Below are positions 1 through 11,400 of a stretch of DNA of 64,000 nt, in pieces. How positions within the stretch are numbered: the stretch's first letter is position 1; each line of letters opens with the position of its first letter. Under the pieces are notes generated by a model. The model worked only from the letters and a program-made list of their open reading frames with translations. It was not told where the DNA came from and did not search any database. The stretch covers positions 39,804,001-39,868,000 of the forward strand of contig JAGIQG010000016.1 in NCBI GenBank assembly GCA_024679065.1. The letters are read 5' to 3'. A program made the translations under genes and the position numbers. The DNA comes from Sphyrna mokarran (Eukaryota).

Positions 1-2734
1 TTCAGAAACAGCACACAAATGCTTGCCCATGGTTGGATTTTAATGAGCAAACTAATAGGTGTAGAAGTTTAACTATCAGAGGGCTAAATTCCACTACAGC
101 TTTAAGTGCATGTTGGATAATTTACCTTGTCTAGTACAATCCAAATCTCACTGAAGCAAATCTTTGCTAAGTGTAAGATTGCTAGTGATTAAATGTATTC
201 CTAAGGATTCATTCCGTAACTTGCCCACACTCCAGTCATTAGTTGGTACACACACATATCCTTGTGATGCACATCCTTCTTACACCAATTGAACTCATTA
301 CCCAATTGTATGATGCTTAACTTTCAGCCAGTCTTTTTCAATATCTATTAAGAGAAATGTTCAAAGAAAATTACAAAAAAAGCTTCTTTATAATATACTG
401 ATGATTTTTCTCTGGGGTTGCATACAGCCCCAGAGAAAGTCTGGAGCCTGGAGACTCCAGGCCAATCCTGGAGGGTTGATAACCTCAGCTGAGACATACA
501 TACAGCATAATCTGCAAAATGCTTTTAACCATTAGAACCAACTTGAAAGAACAGGCATCATTTGATAGCATCCATTTGATACCATTGTTTCTGGCAAATG
601 GTCATTGCCCTGAGACATTGACTGGGGATTGTTGCGATGTTTGGAAGATTTGACTGACCAACCAGTGTGACCAGAAATTCCAGGCCATTAAATCTGTTTC
701 TCTCTCTACAGGTGCTGCTAAACCTGCTGAGCAGACATTCACAGTGAAGGCCTCAATGCTTTGAACTTTTATGCAGCAGTCCTCTTACCACTTTTCTCTA
801 TCTGCTGTCCACTTTGAGATCATGCAGGTCTTCACTTCAGATTCTCATCGTCTGCTGTATTTTGCCTTTGATGTTGAAGGTTAGCCTATTGAGTGACTGT
901 GCCTCCTTTTGTATTGAGGGGAAAGTGCTATTTCTGTGAGTGTAACAAGAGATTATATTGCACTTTGCAAGCAGTTTGTACGCAAGGTCCAAATACACAC
1001 TGAGCATCAGGGATGCATTATTACCATTAGCTAGGTGTGTCAAGTACGCAGTAAATGCCAGGTAGCTGGGTGACAGTATGAAGAGCTGATACGTATCAGC
1101 TTAATGGTCATGACCTATCACATTAAGGATCCCCATGTGACTTTTTTTAACACTTACTTCATATATTTGAAAACTATTTTTCAACCACATTCAGTTTTGA
1201 CATTTATGCAATTCAGTAATCACTAACGTCTTTAAAAAGGTGGTTATTTGTTTTTCATCATGTCACTTTGCGCTACTCTTAATGTATATTTTCCATTTTA
1301 GATCATTCTGTACTTGTGAAAGTTAATTGTCTGATAGGGACTGAGACAGCTCTTGGCTTTTCTAAGTGCGCAGTCGCTATGAGATTTGTGAGAGCAGCTC
1401 GGTGATTTAACTTCTCTTCCTTTAGGAATACACCTGACCTCCGATGCTTCAGAAGGCTTCTCTGTAAGCAGGAACTTGCTGATGAGGAGGGGGAGGGTGG
1501 GAGGGGGCGGGGGAGGGGGACGAAATAACATTTTATTAAAATCCAATTTTTGTCATGGTTAAAAATCCCAATGTTCACCCGGAATTATGTAATAATTTCG
1601 GATCAACACCCTCATTTTTAACTCCACTACTTAATGTACAACTATGACAACATTATTGTGTTTAAAGAAACAAAGTGGTTTAATTGAGGTGGGAAACTGT
1701 GAAAGCGAGGCCATGAGCACTGCGACCAACAGCTTAAAGCCATCCCAGAGGTGTGTGTAAACTCAATGACCTGGTGGGATTACATATTGGACTCTGGAAA
1801 AGCAAGAGAATGTTTTGGAACCCTGCAGCTAAGGAACGTGACTACTCATCCAACACCCAGAGATGATGTAAAAATAATGCGGTTCCCCCAAGGGTGACCC
1901 TCAAAGTGCTGCGATGGAAAATATTTTGCTTAGCTATAAACTGAAGTAGGTGGCGTGAGAGCCTGACCTGGGCTAATTTCTTTTCTGTGCCTTTCATTTC
2001 TATTTTTCTCTTTACTTTTAGCGGACTGGAGAAATAATCATAAGGAAGTTGTGCACAATCCCATATTTTGTTGGAGTTCAAATAGCCTTGAGAACACAGA
2101 TTGTTTTACATGTGAATTCACTTACTGTACCCAAAGGCCCTCCTAGTTCCAGAGGTTGAAAGGTGCTGAATTTCCATGATTCATTTTTGCGGAAAAAAAC
2201 TGAAAATGCAAATACCTTGTTTGAAAACAATGCCCCAACGTAAATACAACTAATTTTCTTTTAAAAGCTGTGTACAAAATAATTGATTCCGGACTATATT
2301 TAGAGCACACAGTGGGATAGTATTTCTGCTGCCAATAACATTTAATAAGTTGAGATTCCAGCTGGAACGTTGAATTCCTAGCTGGAGCTCAAATCCCAGG
2401 CTTGGCTGATGATCCTATTCAGGCTTCCCTCAAGTGAATGCAGAATTTCCTGGAGATAACTTGTTTGATATTCTTCGTTTATGGCGCTGTGTCACGCAGG
2501 AGAGGGATGGTGACAAGGAGATGATGATGACTCTGTTCTCAATCTAATAATTGTGGTTTGTTAAACTCAAATCTGGCTGGTGGGTGTAAACTGTCAATTC
2601 TCGACTGGGGTATTTCAGGTCTCGTGACATGGTTGCTGATTAGTGATGTGGGAAATTTTATTTCAAGGCTTCATTTGGTGAATTTGCTACCCAACTTGGG
2701 GATTGGTGTAGCTCCAAGCGAAAGTGAGTTTTTT

Positions 2735-3130
2735 TAAAAATTCATTCATGGGACATGGGCATCGCTGGCTGGGCCAATATTTAATGTCTATCCCTAGTCA
2801 CCCTTGAGATGAATGGCTTGCTAGGCCATTCCAGAGAGCAGTACAGAGTCAACGACATTGCTGTGGCTTTGGTATTGCATTTAAGCCAGGTGGGGTAAGA
2901 ATGACAGATTTCCTTTCCTCAAGGACATTAGTGAGTCAGATGGGTTTTCTCAACAATCAACAATAGTTTCAATGGTCATCAGTAGATTCTTAATTCCAGA
3001 TATTTTTTATCGACTTTCAGTTCCACCATCTGCTGTGGAGAGATTCGAACCTGAGTTCACAGAGTTTCTGGATTAATAGCCCAGCAATAATGCAGTCTAA
3101 CAATAATACCTCTAAGCCATCACCTCCTTG
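2735..3130 (-). mobile_element. Deu-domain SINE (SacSINE1/AmnSINE1-like), degraded
   Basis: The reverse complement contains the Deu-domain-like core (AACCCATCTGACTCACTAATGTCCTTGAGGAAAGGAAATCTG), a B-box-like GGTTCGAATC near 3045-3054 and a 3' tail ending CCCATGAATGAA. A second copy lies at 14070-14420. Confidence 0.75.
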
Positions 3131-3769
3131 TGCACGTACTCCTGAACAGTCAGCAACTAATAATGATATCGATGGAAGTTCAGGCCCCCTTAGCTGTCCC
3201 TTAAAGACTAAAAGCTGGAAATGACATAAGTATTTTGGGTATTTGATTATGAACAGTTTCAAACTGAAATGAAGGTAAGGGGCTGTATGATCAGTGTAGA
3301 ACTGCACTGTCAGCTAGACTGCATTGGGTTGAATTCTACCAGCCTCCCAGAGATGGGCCATGAAACAGGAAGCTTCATAAAACAGTGATCAAAGATGTCA
3401 GGAGGGGAACCTGACTTTCTCCAGTCACCATGTGATATTTTCAATAGTGGGAATAGCAGCAGTGACCTGGCAACCAGAGATGAATAGTCAATAGAAATCA
3501 ACTTATTGACCAAATAACTGTTGCTCCACTCTATTTACCTTTTACTAGAATGGGACAGGTCCCTGCTGCAGGTCAAGACTTCCAAGTAAACTGTGACGAG
3601 GTTCATGGTTTAGAGCTGAAAGGTGGTGAAAAGGGACCTCCCTTAATAGTTGGTGCATGGTTCAATGTCCTCCCATGGATCCAATACAGCGAGGTGGCTC
3701 ACCCCTCTAATCACCATGGCCAGCCTATTCCGGACATGTTGAATAAAAAAACTTACTTATCCTTCAAAA

Positions 3770-4110
3770 CGTAGAAACTAGAAACACGAGTAGTTTGAAC
3801 TTGCTCCACCATTCATTTTAATCATGGTTGATCTTTAAATTCAATATCCTGATCCTCCCTTCCCCCCTATCCCTTGATTCCTTTCCCAAGAGTTACATCT
3901 AATATCTTCTTCAAATCAGACAATGTTCTGGCCTCAACTACATTGATGAATGTAGTTCATGAATTCCACGTATTCACCACCCTCTTAATGAAGAAATTCC
4001 TCCTCACTTCAGTTGTAAAAGGTTTACCCCTTCTCCTCAAACTATGACTCCTAGTTCTGGACTCGCTCACCATTGAGAACATTCTTTCTGAATCTACCCT
4101 GTCTAATGAA
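3770..4110 (-). mobile_element. CR1 LINE 3' end fragment
   Basis: Reverse strand reads as the CR1 ORF2 C-terminus (SRTRSHSL..KG..F.TEVRRNFF..RVVN.WNS) plus a 3' tail like that of the 18850-19650 copy. Confidence 0.7.
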
Positions 4111-4846
4111 GACTCCTTCTCTCCTCATCTTGTAGCCTCAGCTGTGGCAACCTCTAATAATGGCACTGCCAAGACTGCCAAGCTGCTGGCCAACTGATCA
4201 GTGGCAGCCTTTTACTTGGCTGTTGTCAGGAATATCCCATTCAGGGTCTTGTCATCCATTGGCACAGACTGAGAATGCGCTTTTGGACAGGACAGCCTGT
4301 GATTTGGCAGAATTCTGGTCACTGATTTCACTGCACTGTGAATGGAAATGACCAAGTCACAAATTCTGCGTTGAGAATTGTCCTTTACTAAATGATTCTT
4401 CAGAAATAGATTCATAAGATTTGCTAATTTAATTAACGGCTGATTACCTGAACATAATCGGTTTTGTTGCTTAATGGAATACATTTTACTCGTTAGTCGG
4501 GAGTAAAGTGTTAAATTTTGAGCCAGTTGGCAACTTGGAAAATGGGACAAATCCTTTCTAGGGAAAGGGAAGACATTGTGATTTGATTCTGGTTTCCCTT
4601 TGTTCAAATGTGTTGGCTGTGATTCTCTAATCACTCTCTGTGGGGGCACTAAGGCTGTATTAAGAGTAGTTTTTTGTACCTGAGTGCAAAGTTGATATTT
4701 TACATGGTGGTGCATTATGCCTAAAAGTAGAAGCTTTTTCATTTTACGTTAACGTCATTTTTGTGCCATGTTTCTAACTCTGATGAAGTTTGTTCAAGGG
4801 TGAAAAGAGCACTAATAGAGAAAAGTCTTAATGCCACTTACTTTCT

Positions 4847-5140
4847 GTGGCTGGCATAGTGGTTTGCACTGCTGCCTCACAGCACCAGTGACTCGGGTTC
4901 GATTCCTGGCTTGTGTCACTGTTGTGTGGAGCTTACTTGTTCTCCCCATGTGTGCGTGGGTTTCCTCCATGTGCTCCAGTTTCCTCCCACAGTCCAAAAA
5001 ATGTGTTGGTTAGATGCATTGGCAATGCTAAATTTTCCCTCAGTGTAGCCAAACAGGCACAGAGTGTGATGATTAGGGCATTTTCAGACTAACTTCTACT
5101 AATGTAAGCCAACTTATGGCATTAATAAATAAACTTTAAA
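4847..5140 (+). mobile_element. HE1-like V-SINE (tRNA head + V domain)
   Basis: A box TGGCATAGTGG, B box GGTTCGATTCC, V-domain (GTTCTCCCCATGTGTGCGTGGGTTTCCTCC...TTTCCTCCCACAGTCCAAA), tail AATAAATAAACTTTA. Confidence 0.85.
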
Positions 5141-6289
5141 AAAGTTTCTCCCTCTTTTGATTCCACTAGATATAAATAATTTCATAAATTAAACAGTTAT
5201 AAATTATTATTTTATTCAGGAAGTCATTTGGTCATTTTGACAATTATTGACCTATCGACAAATCCTTCTTTTCACTGAGTTGTTTATCTTGACTTAAAAA
5301 GAAATTCAGTGACAACTTCAAAACCAGGAACAGCAAAAACAGATAACCTTTGGAGAATGTGTTCCACATTCTCACCAATTTACCAACTCCAAACTACTAG
5401 GCCCAGGTCTGGAACAGAACCCATCTAACAGAACTGCGTGTAGGGGTATAATTCTGTGTAAGTAATAGGGAACACTTCGATACCTAAACATTATTAACAA
5501 AGTAAAAATATGGCCGTGGACACAGTTTACTCATAGTGGTGAACAATATGAATATTTACCTTTAAAAATAAGGTTTTCGTGATTTTATTGAGTTGATTTT
5601 TTTTCCCTAAACCTGATGGGAATTCCATTTAAAAACAGGGGTTCAAGCAGTCAAGCTATCCCAGCATGCACTCACTGATGTTGTCAATGACTGCGGTAGT
5701 CTAAAAAAAATTCATCTTTAAAAAGACCAGTTTCCGGAAAATGCTATGCTCCACACGCACCTTGGCAATTCTTCAGAAATGCCTCAACCAAAATTTGTTT
5801 ATAGTGTTTAGCTCCTTCAAAAATGATCATTCTGTCCCTAGCACATTTGATTTATTTCCTTCCTTATGTCTAAGGTTTTGCTCCACATGACTCTGCCATG
5901 CCTTGTGCTATGTCAGGTAATCTGTTTAAACTTGCTTATGTTCCTTTACAAGCAGTGAGCTTTTATGTTTTAGAGTGACCGTATTGATTCATCCACGATT
6001 TTCCCCTTATGTTGGGAAGTATCTTCTATCCAGCAAATTCCTGAAGTGACTCAGTGGAAATCAGGAACTTATTTTGTGGTAAATCTCAGGATGTAAGCTA
6101 ACTTGCCACCATGGACACCATTGAAATGCCTCATAAGCTACTATTTCTAAACTGGAGTTATGCCATCCCATGGAGCAAATGCAAGATGGCATCAACATTA
6201 ATAAATATAAAATCATGCTTCCTGACCTGCATCCTGAAGGGAGTTAACCTCAGTTCTGCTGCAATATGTTATCAAAAGTTCCTGACCAC

Positions 6290-6439
6290 TTAAAGTTCAT
6301 TTATTAGTCATAAGTAGGGCTTATATTAATACTGCAAAGAAGTTACTAGAATTCCTCTAGGTGACACAGTCCGACGGGTCAAGGTACTTAACCAGCACAT
6401 CTTTCAGAATGTTGGAGGGAACTGAAGCATTTGGAGGAA
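6290..6439 (-). mobile_element. HE1-like V-SINE, 3' half (split by CR1 insertion)
   Basis: Tail TAAAGTTCATTTATTAG.. and V-domain ending ..GGAGGAA. It continues at 9378 with AAACCCATGCAG (consensus GGAGGAAACCCACGCAG). Confidence 0.7.
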
Positions 6440-9377
6440 TAGGAGCAGAAAGAACAGAGTCGTTATAGTGGGAGATTTTAATCTCCCTAGGGTGGATTGG
6501 AAAGTACCTGGAGCTGGGGGTTTGGACGGGCAGGAATTTGTAAAATGTGTACTGGAAGGATCGTTGGAGCAGTATGTGGCTAGCCCGACTAGAGAAGGGG
6601 CTATATTGGATTTAGTTCTGAGTAATGAGCCAGGGCAGGTGGTTGATGTTGTAGTAGGGGTACATGTGGCTAACAGTGACCACAATTCTGTCTATTTTAG
6701 GATACAGATGGAAAAGGATGCTTGTTGCCCTAGGGGCAGGGTGCTGAATTGGGGGAAGGCTAACTATGGTCGGATTAGGCAGGAACTTAGGGAAACTGAT
6801 TGGGAACGGTTGTTCGAGGGTAAGTCCACGCTAGGCATGTAGGACTCTTTCAAGGGAATACTGAAAATGTTACAAGATAAATATGTGCCGGCCAAGAGCA
6901 AAGATGGGAAAGGTAGGATTAGAGAGCCGTGGATTACTAGGGATATTGAGGACTTGGTTAGGAAGAAAAGAGAGGTGTATAATAGGTCAAAGCAGCTGGG
7001 AATGGAGACAGCGTTGAAGGAATATAGAGAGAGTAGGAGGGAGCTCAAACGGGGAGTTAGAAGGGCAAAAAGGGAGCATGAAATGATTTTGGCGGATAGG
7101 ATTAAGGAAAATCCAAAGGCTTTTTACTCCTATGTTAGGAATAAAAGGGTGGTTAGAGGAAAAATCAGATCTCTTAGGGACAGAGGAGGGGAACTGTGCT
7201 TCGAGCACGAGGGAATGGCAGAGATCCTGAATAAATACTTTGCGTTGGTATTCATGAAGGAGAGGGGCTTGTTGACAGCTCCTGTCTCTGAGGGAGCTGT
7301 GGACCAGTTGAGGGAAATATCCATACCGGGGGAGGAAGTATTAGAGCTTCTAGGTAGTGCTAAAACTGATAAATCTCTGGGGCCTGATGGCATTTATCCC
7401 AGGCTGCTTAGGGAGGTGCGAGGTGAAATTGCTGGGCCTCTGACGCAAATCTTTGCCTCTTCCTTGGACACAGGTGAGGTTCCAGAGGACTGGAGAATAG
7501 CTAATGTTGTACCGTTGTTTAAAAAGGGTAGTAGGGATAACCCTGAAAATTATAGGCCGGTGAGTTTGACGTCAGTGGTAGGGAAGCTGTTGGAGGGGAT
7601 TCTTAGAGGCAGGATGTATAGGCACTTAGAGCGTTGCGATCTGATTAGGGATATGCAACATGGATTTGTTAAGGGGAGGTCGTGCCTTACAAATCTGGTA
7701 GAATTTTTTGAGGAGATGACGAAAATGGTGGATGAAGGACGAACCGTTGATGTCGTCTATGAGGATTTTAGGAAGGCATTTGACAAAGTCCCTCATGGGA
7801 GGTTAGTTGAGAAGGTCAAGGCTAATGGGATAAAAGGACAGGTAACTAGATGGATAAGTAACTGGCTTGGTAATAGGAGACAGAGAGTAATAGTGGAAGG
7901 GTGTTTTTGTAGCTGGAGATCGGTCACTAGTAGTGTGCCGCAGGGCTCGGTACTGGGACCTCTTCTATTTGTAATATATGTAAATGACTTGGAAGAGGGA
8001 GTAAGTGGAGTGATCAGCAAGTTTGCAGACAATACAAAGATGGCTGGACTTGCAGATAGTGAGGAGCTTTGTCAGGCAATGCAGCAGGACATAGATAGGC
8101 TGGTAGCTTGGGCAGACAGATGGCAGATGGAATTCAATCCTGATAAATGTGAGGTGATGCATTTTGGGAGAAAGAATGTAGGGGGGAGGTATATGATAAA
8201 GGGTAGACCTATTAAGAGTACAGGATCGCAGAGGGACCTGGGGGTGCAGGTGAACAAGTCTCTGAAGGTGGCAGAGCAAGTGGAGAAGGTTGTGAAGAAA
8301 GCATATAGTATGCTAGCCTTTATAGGAAGGGGTATAGAGTACAAGAGCTGGCCTTTAATGTTGCAGTTGTGTAAAACGTTGGTTAGACCTCATTTGGAAT
8401 ACTGCGTCCAGTTCTGGTCGCCTTACTACCGGAAGGACGTGGAGACTCTGGAGAGAGTGCAGAGGAGGTTTACCAGGATGATGCCTGGTATGGAAGGTCT
8501 GAGTTACGAGGAGAGGTTAGGCAAATTGGGACTGTTTTCCTTAGAAAGACGTAGACTTAGAGGAGATCTGATAGAGATGTACAAGATTTTGAAGGGGATG
8601 ATAGAGTAAACAGGGCTAAGCTTTTTCCTAGGATGGACTCAAATAGCACGAGGGGTCATGGGCTTAGGGTGAGGGGGATAAGGTATAATTTGGATGCTAG
8701 AGGGAGTTTTTTCACACAGAGGGTGGTGGGGGTATGGAATGCGCTGCCAAGTAAAGAGGTGGAGGCAGGTACTCTGGAGTTATTTAAGAAATACTTAGAT
8801 GGGCACATGAACAGAATGGGAATGGAGGGGATAGAAAACTGATTTAAAATAGGGATCATGAGCCTTGGGAGTCCCTGGGAAGTGTGTAAATAGATGATGA
8901 TATTGATGTACTTGTTTTTATCCTACAAGTGCTTTGGTCCACCTTGTTGTCTAACGAGGGACATACACGCGATGGGTCGTGAGAGGGCTGCTCTTGGATC
9001 TTTTTCGAGAGTATCCCAGTGCTTCATGTCGTTAGTGTACGCTTGACCTGGACCATCTGATGGGCAGCACGACAGCTCAGTGACTATCGCTATGCTGTGC
9101 AGATACATGGATTTGGGCCTGTGGGAGTTTGCGCATTCTCCCCGTGCTTGCGTGGATTTTCTCTGGGCACTCTGGTTTCCTCCCACAGCCCAAAGATGTG
9201 CTCTTAGGCTAATTGGCAAAACAAATTCTCCCTAAATTGTCTCAAATTTTGTTTTTAATCCATAAATCTATAAACATGGACAGGGATCGCGGGTAGAGGT
9301 GGGAACATCGGGGTGGCGGCATGGGCTCGTTGGGCCGAAGGGCCTGTTTCCTGTGCTGTTTTGTTCTTTGTTCTTTG
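6440..9377 (+). mobile_element. 5'-truncated CR1 LINE (copy A): ORF2 remnant + long 3' UTR
   Basis: ORFs 6468-6842 (GDFNLP, LDLVL, SDHN: AP-endonuclease C-part) and 6867-8609 (NYRPVSLTS, QHGF..GRSCLTNL, KAFDKVPH, VPQGSVLGP, FADNTK, RPHLEYC) are separated by a premature stop. There is a frameshift near 8600 and a (TTCTTTG)n tail. The catalytic DD is mutated to DN. Confidence 0.95.
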
Positions 9378-9495
9378 AAACCCATGCAGTCATGGGGAGA
9401 ACATGCAAACTCCATGCAGACAGTGACCCAAGCTGGGAATCAAACCCTGGCACTGTGAGGCAGCAGTGTTAACCACTGTGCCACCATGCCGCCCA
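9378..9495 (-). mobile_element. HE1-like V-SINE, 5' half (split by CR1 insertion)
   Basis: Reverse complement GGGCGGCATGGTGGCACAGTGGTTAACACTGCTGCCTCACAG... is the tRNA-derived head and joins 6290-6439. Confidence 0.8.
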
Positions 9496-11069
9496 CAATG
9501 CTGCCCTCACTTTCCTATGAGGAGATCTTTCTGTGTTGTTTTCTTTTGCTGCCATTGTCATTCAGGCAGCTGTCTTTCTTGTTAACTACATGCCTATTTA
9601 GCTCTGAGATGTGTGTACCAAATTACGAAAACAGCAAGAAATCCACATTCCTTTTAACTTTTTCATTAAGTAGTGTGATTGAAGATAGGGCAGTAGATCA
9701 CATGTTGGATCAGTGCAATTCAACTGAAGATTACACATGCCTAAGTGGGAAAATCTTGCCTCAATATGAGCAGCACTTGATTGAATTTCTGTAATGGAAT
9801 TGCTCCTAGTTGTGTCTTATTTTGTATGATGTTTATTTGGTAAACATGCTGTAAAACAAAGCTGGAAGTTTGCAGAGCAGAGCACAGTGACGTATTCATA
9901 TTTTTAGTGGGTCGTTAAGGTGCAGGTTTCTGTCCTGGCTTAACAAATATCAATTCCCCATCTCAACCGTATTATCAGGCAGAGAAGAAGGGGGGTGACG
10001 GGGGGAAGGGGCGGCGTGGTGACAGAGAAGGAGCCTGCCTGGGAAATGCTGATCAAAGAACAACGACTTCACCACAGGGAGGGAGGAGTGGACCTCAAGT
10101 CCCCTGGGTTGGTGTCTCATACTTCAAGCAGTAAGATCAATAAAGAAACAGGGGCTGGTGTGCGAACAAGCCTCTGCTTGCCTGAGTAATAGGCGGTGGG
10201 AAGAGATCTCTAAAAAGAGCAAAAATATTGAATGTCGGCTTAAAAAAAAGAAAAGTTAAACTTAAGTAACAATGATATGATCACTGTTATTCCTGGTGAA
10301 GTTTTAGTCTGGTGTCCAATTGCAGAAAGGGTTTAGGGATATAGATAAAAAGAGTCCTATCTCTATTAATACATATGAGCCAGTGTAAAAACAGAATGTA
10401 ACGATTGGGTTCATCTGTTTAAATAGAGCACTATTTGTATTTTGTGGAGAAAATACTTCAATCCTCATTGTCCATTCCCAATTGTGGGAGTCATGTAAAT
10501 TTACAGGTGAATTATCTTTACATAACATGGAAATGGCCCTAGCTATATCATAAACTGCACATCCTTCAGTGATTTACGGACAATAGCTTGAGAGTCAACG
10601 AAATCTCACTGTCATTCTGAATAAAATATAGACTAGTGGCAGATTTTAGGCCCCTCTAAAACACTGCACATTTGAACCAAGGGTACCAGGATTGATGAAC
10701 ATTGATTACCAGGCCTCAGCCAAATGCTTGGTGGGACTAGCAAGCACTGGTTGCTTCTTCATGTGCCGATCACCCGATTGAAGAGATTGTGCCAGAACGC
10801 CTGTCTTGCCAACTTAGGCCCTCAGTCCATGGCAACAGGTTGAAGCAGCCAAGGGGGAAGGTTGATCGAAATGCCTGTGGAATCACAGGGGCATGCTTGC
10901 TTTTCAAAAGAAAAGAAAAATGAATCTGCATTTTGCTAGCAGCCTTAAGTTCCATTGAAGAATTATACAACAGGGCAATCCCAGTGTATGTCCTGTTAAT
11001 CATCACTTTATTTCTTCATGGTTCCTTTCAGCAGGCAATGGAACCTACATTTACATAAGTCAAAAATAT

Positions 11070-11400
11070 GAACATAGAAACCCCACACTGCAGAAGGAGG
11101 CCATTCAGCCCATCTTATCTGCACTGACAACAATCCCACCCAAGCCTTATTCCCATAACCCCATTGTATTTTGGATCATAGAATATCTGCAAAAAGAGTT
11201 TCTGTCCAGCTTATTCTTTAATTAACATGACCAAACTGAGAAGAAATAGAGTACCTCCAAATACACGGAAGGTTTTCTCCTGGGGATTCAGGAGCAGTCC
11301 GTTAACCCATGCAAAATCCACACAGACAGTGACCCAAGGCAGGAACTGGACCTGGGTCTCAGGAGCTACAAGGCAGCAATGCTAACCACTGTGCCGCCCT
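11070..11400 (-). mobile_element. HE1-like V-SINE, degraded
   Basis: Head (..GCTAACCACTGTGCCGCCC on +), CACACAGACAGTGACCCAAG, and CR1-type tail (CACTGCAGAAGGAGGCCATTCAGCCCATC). Confidence 0.75.

Noticed and set aside
1426-1463. 38-nt micro-exon (CTTTAG|...|GTAAGC)
   Set aside because: Splice signals only, with no recognisable peptide or partner exons.
4847-4910. tRNA genes at SINE heads
   Set aside because: A/B boxes run straight into the V domain, with no complete cloverleaf.
9055-9110. Hammerhead in the CR1 UTR (CTGATGG/CTGAAGG)
   Set aside because: The core is not CUGANGA and there is no GAAA/UH. The downstream sequence is better explained as a decayed tRNA-derived SINE head.
8923-9219. 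Conserved antisense peptide (IV.ELS.CPSDGP....DMKH) in both CR1 UTRs
   Set aside because: The frames differ on both sides of the block between copies; nucleotide conservation explains the similarity.
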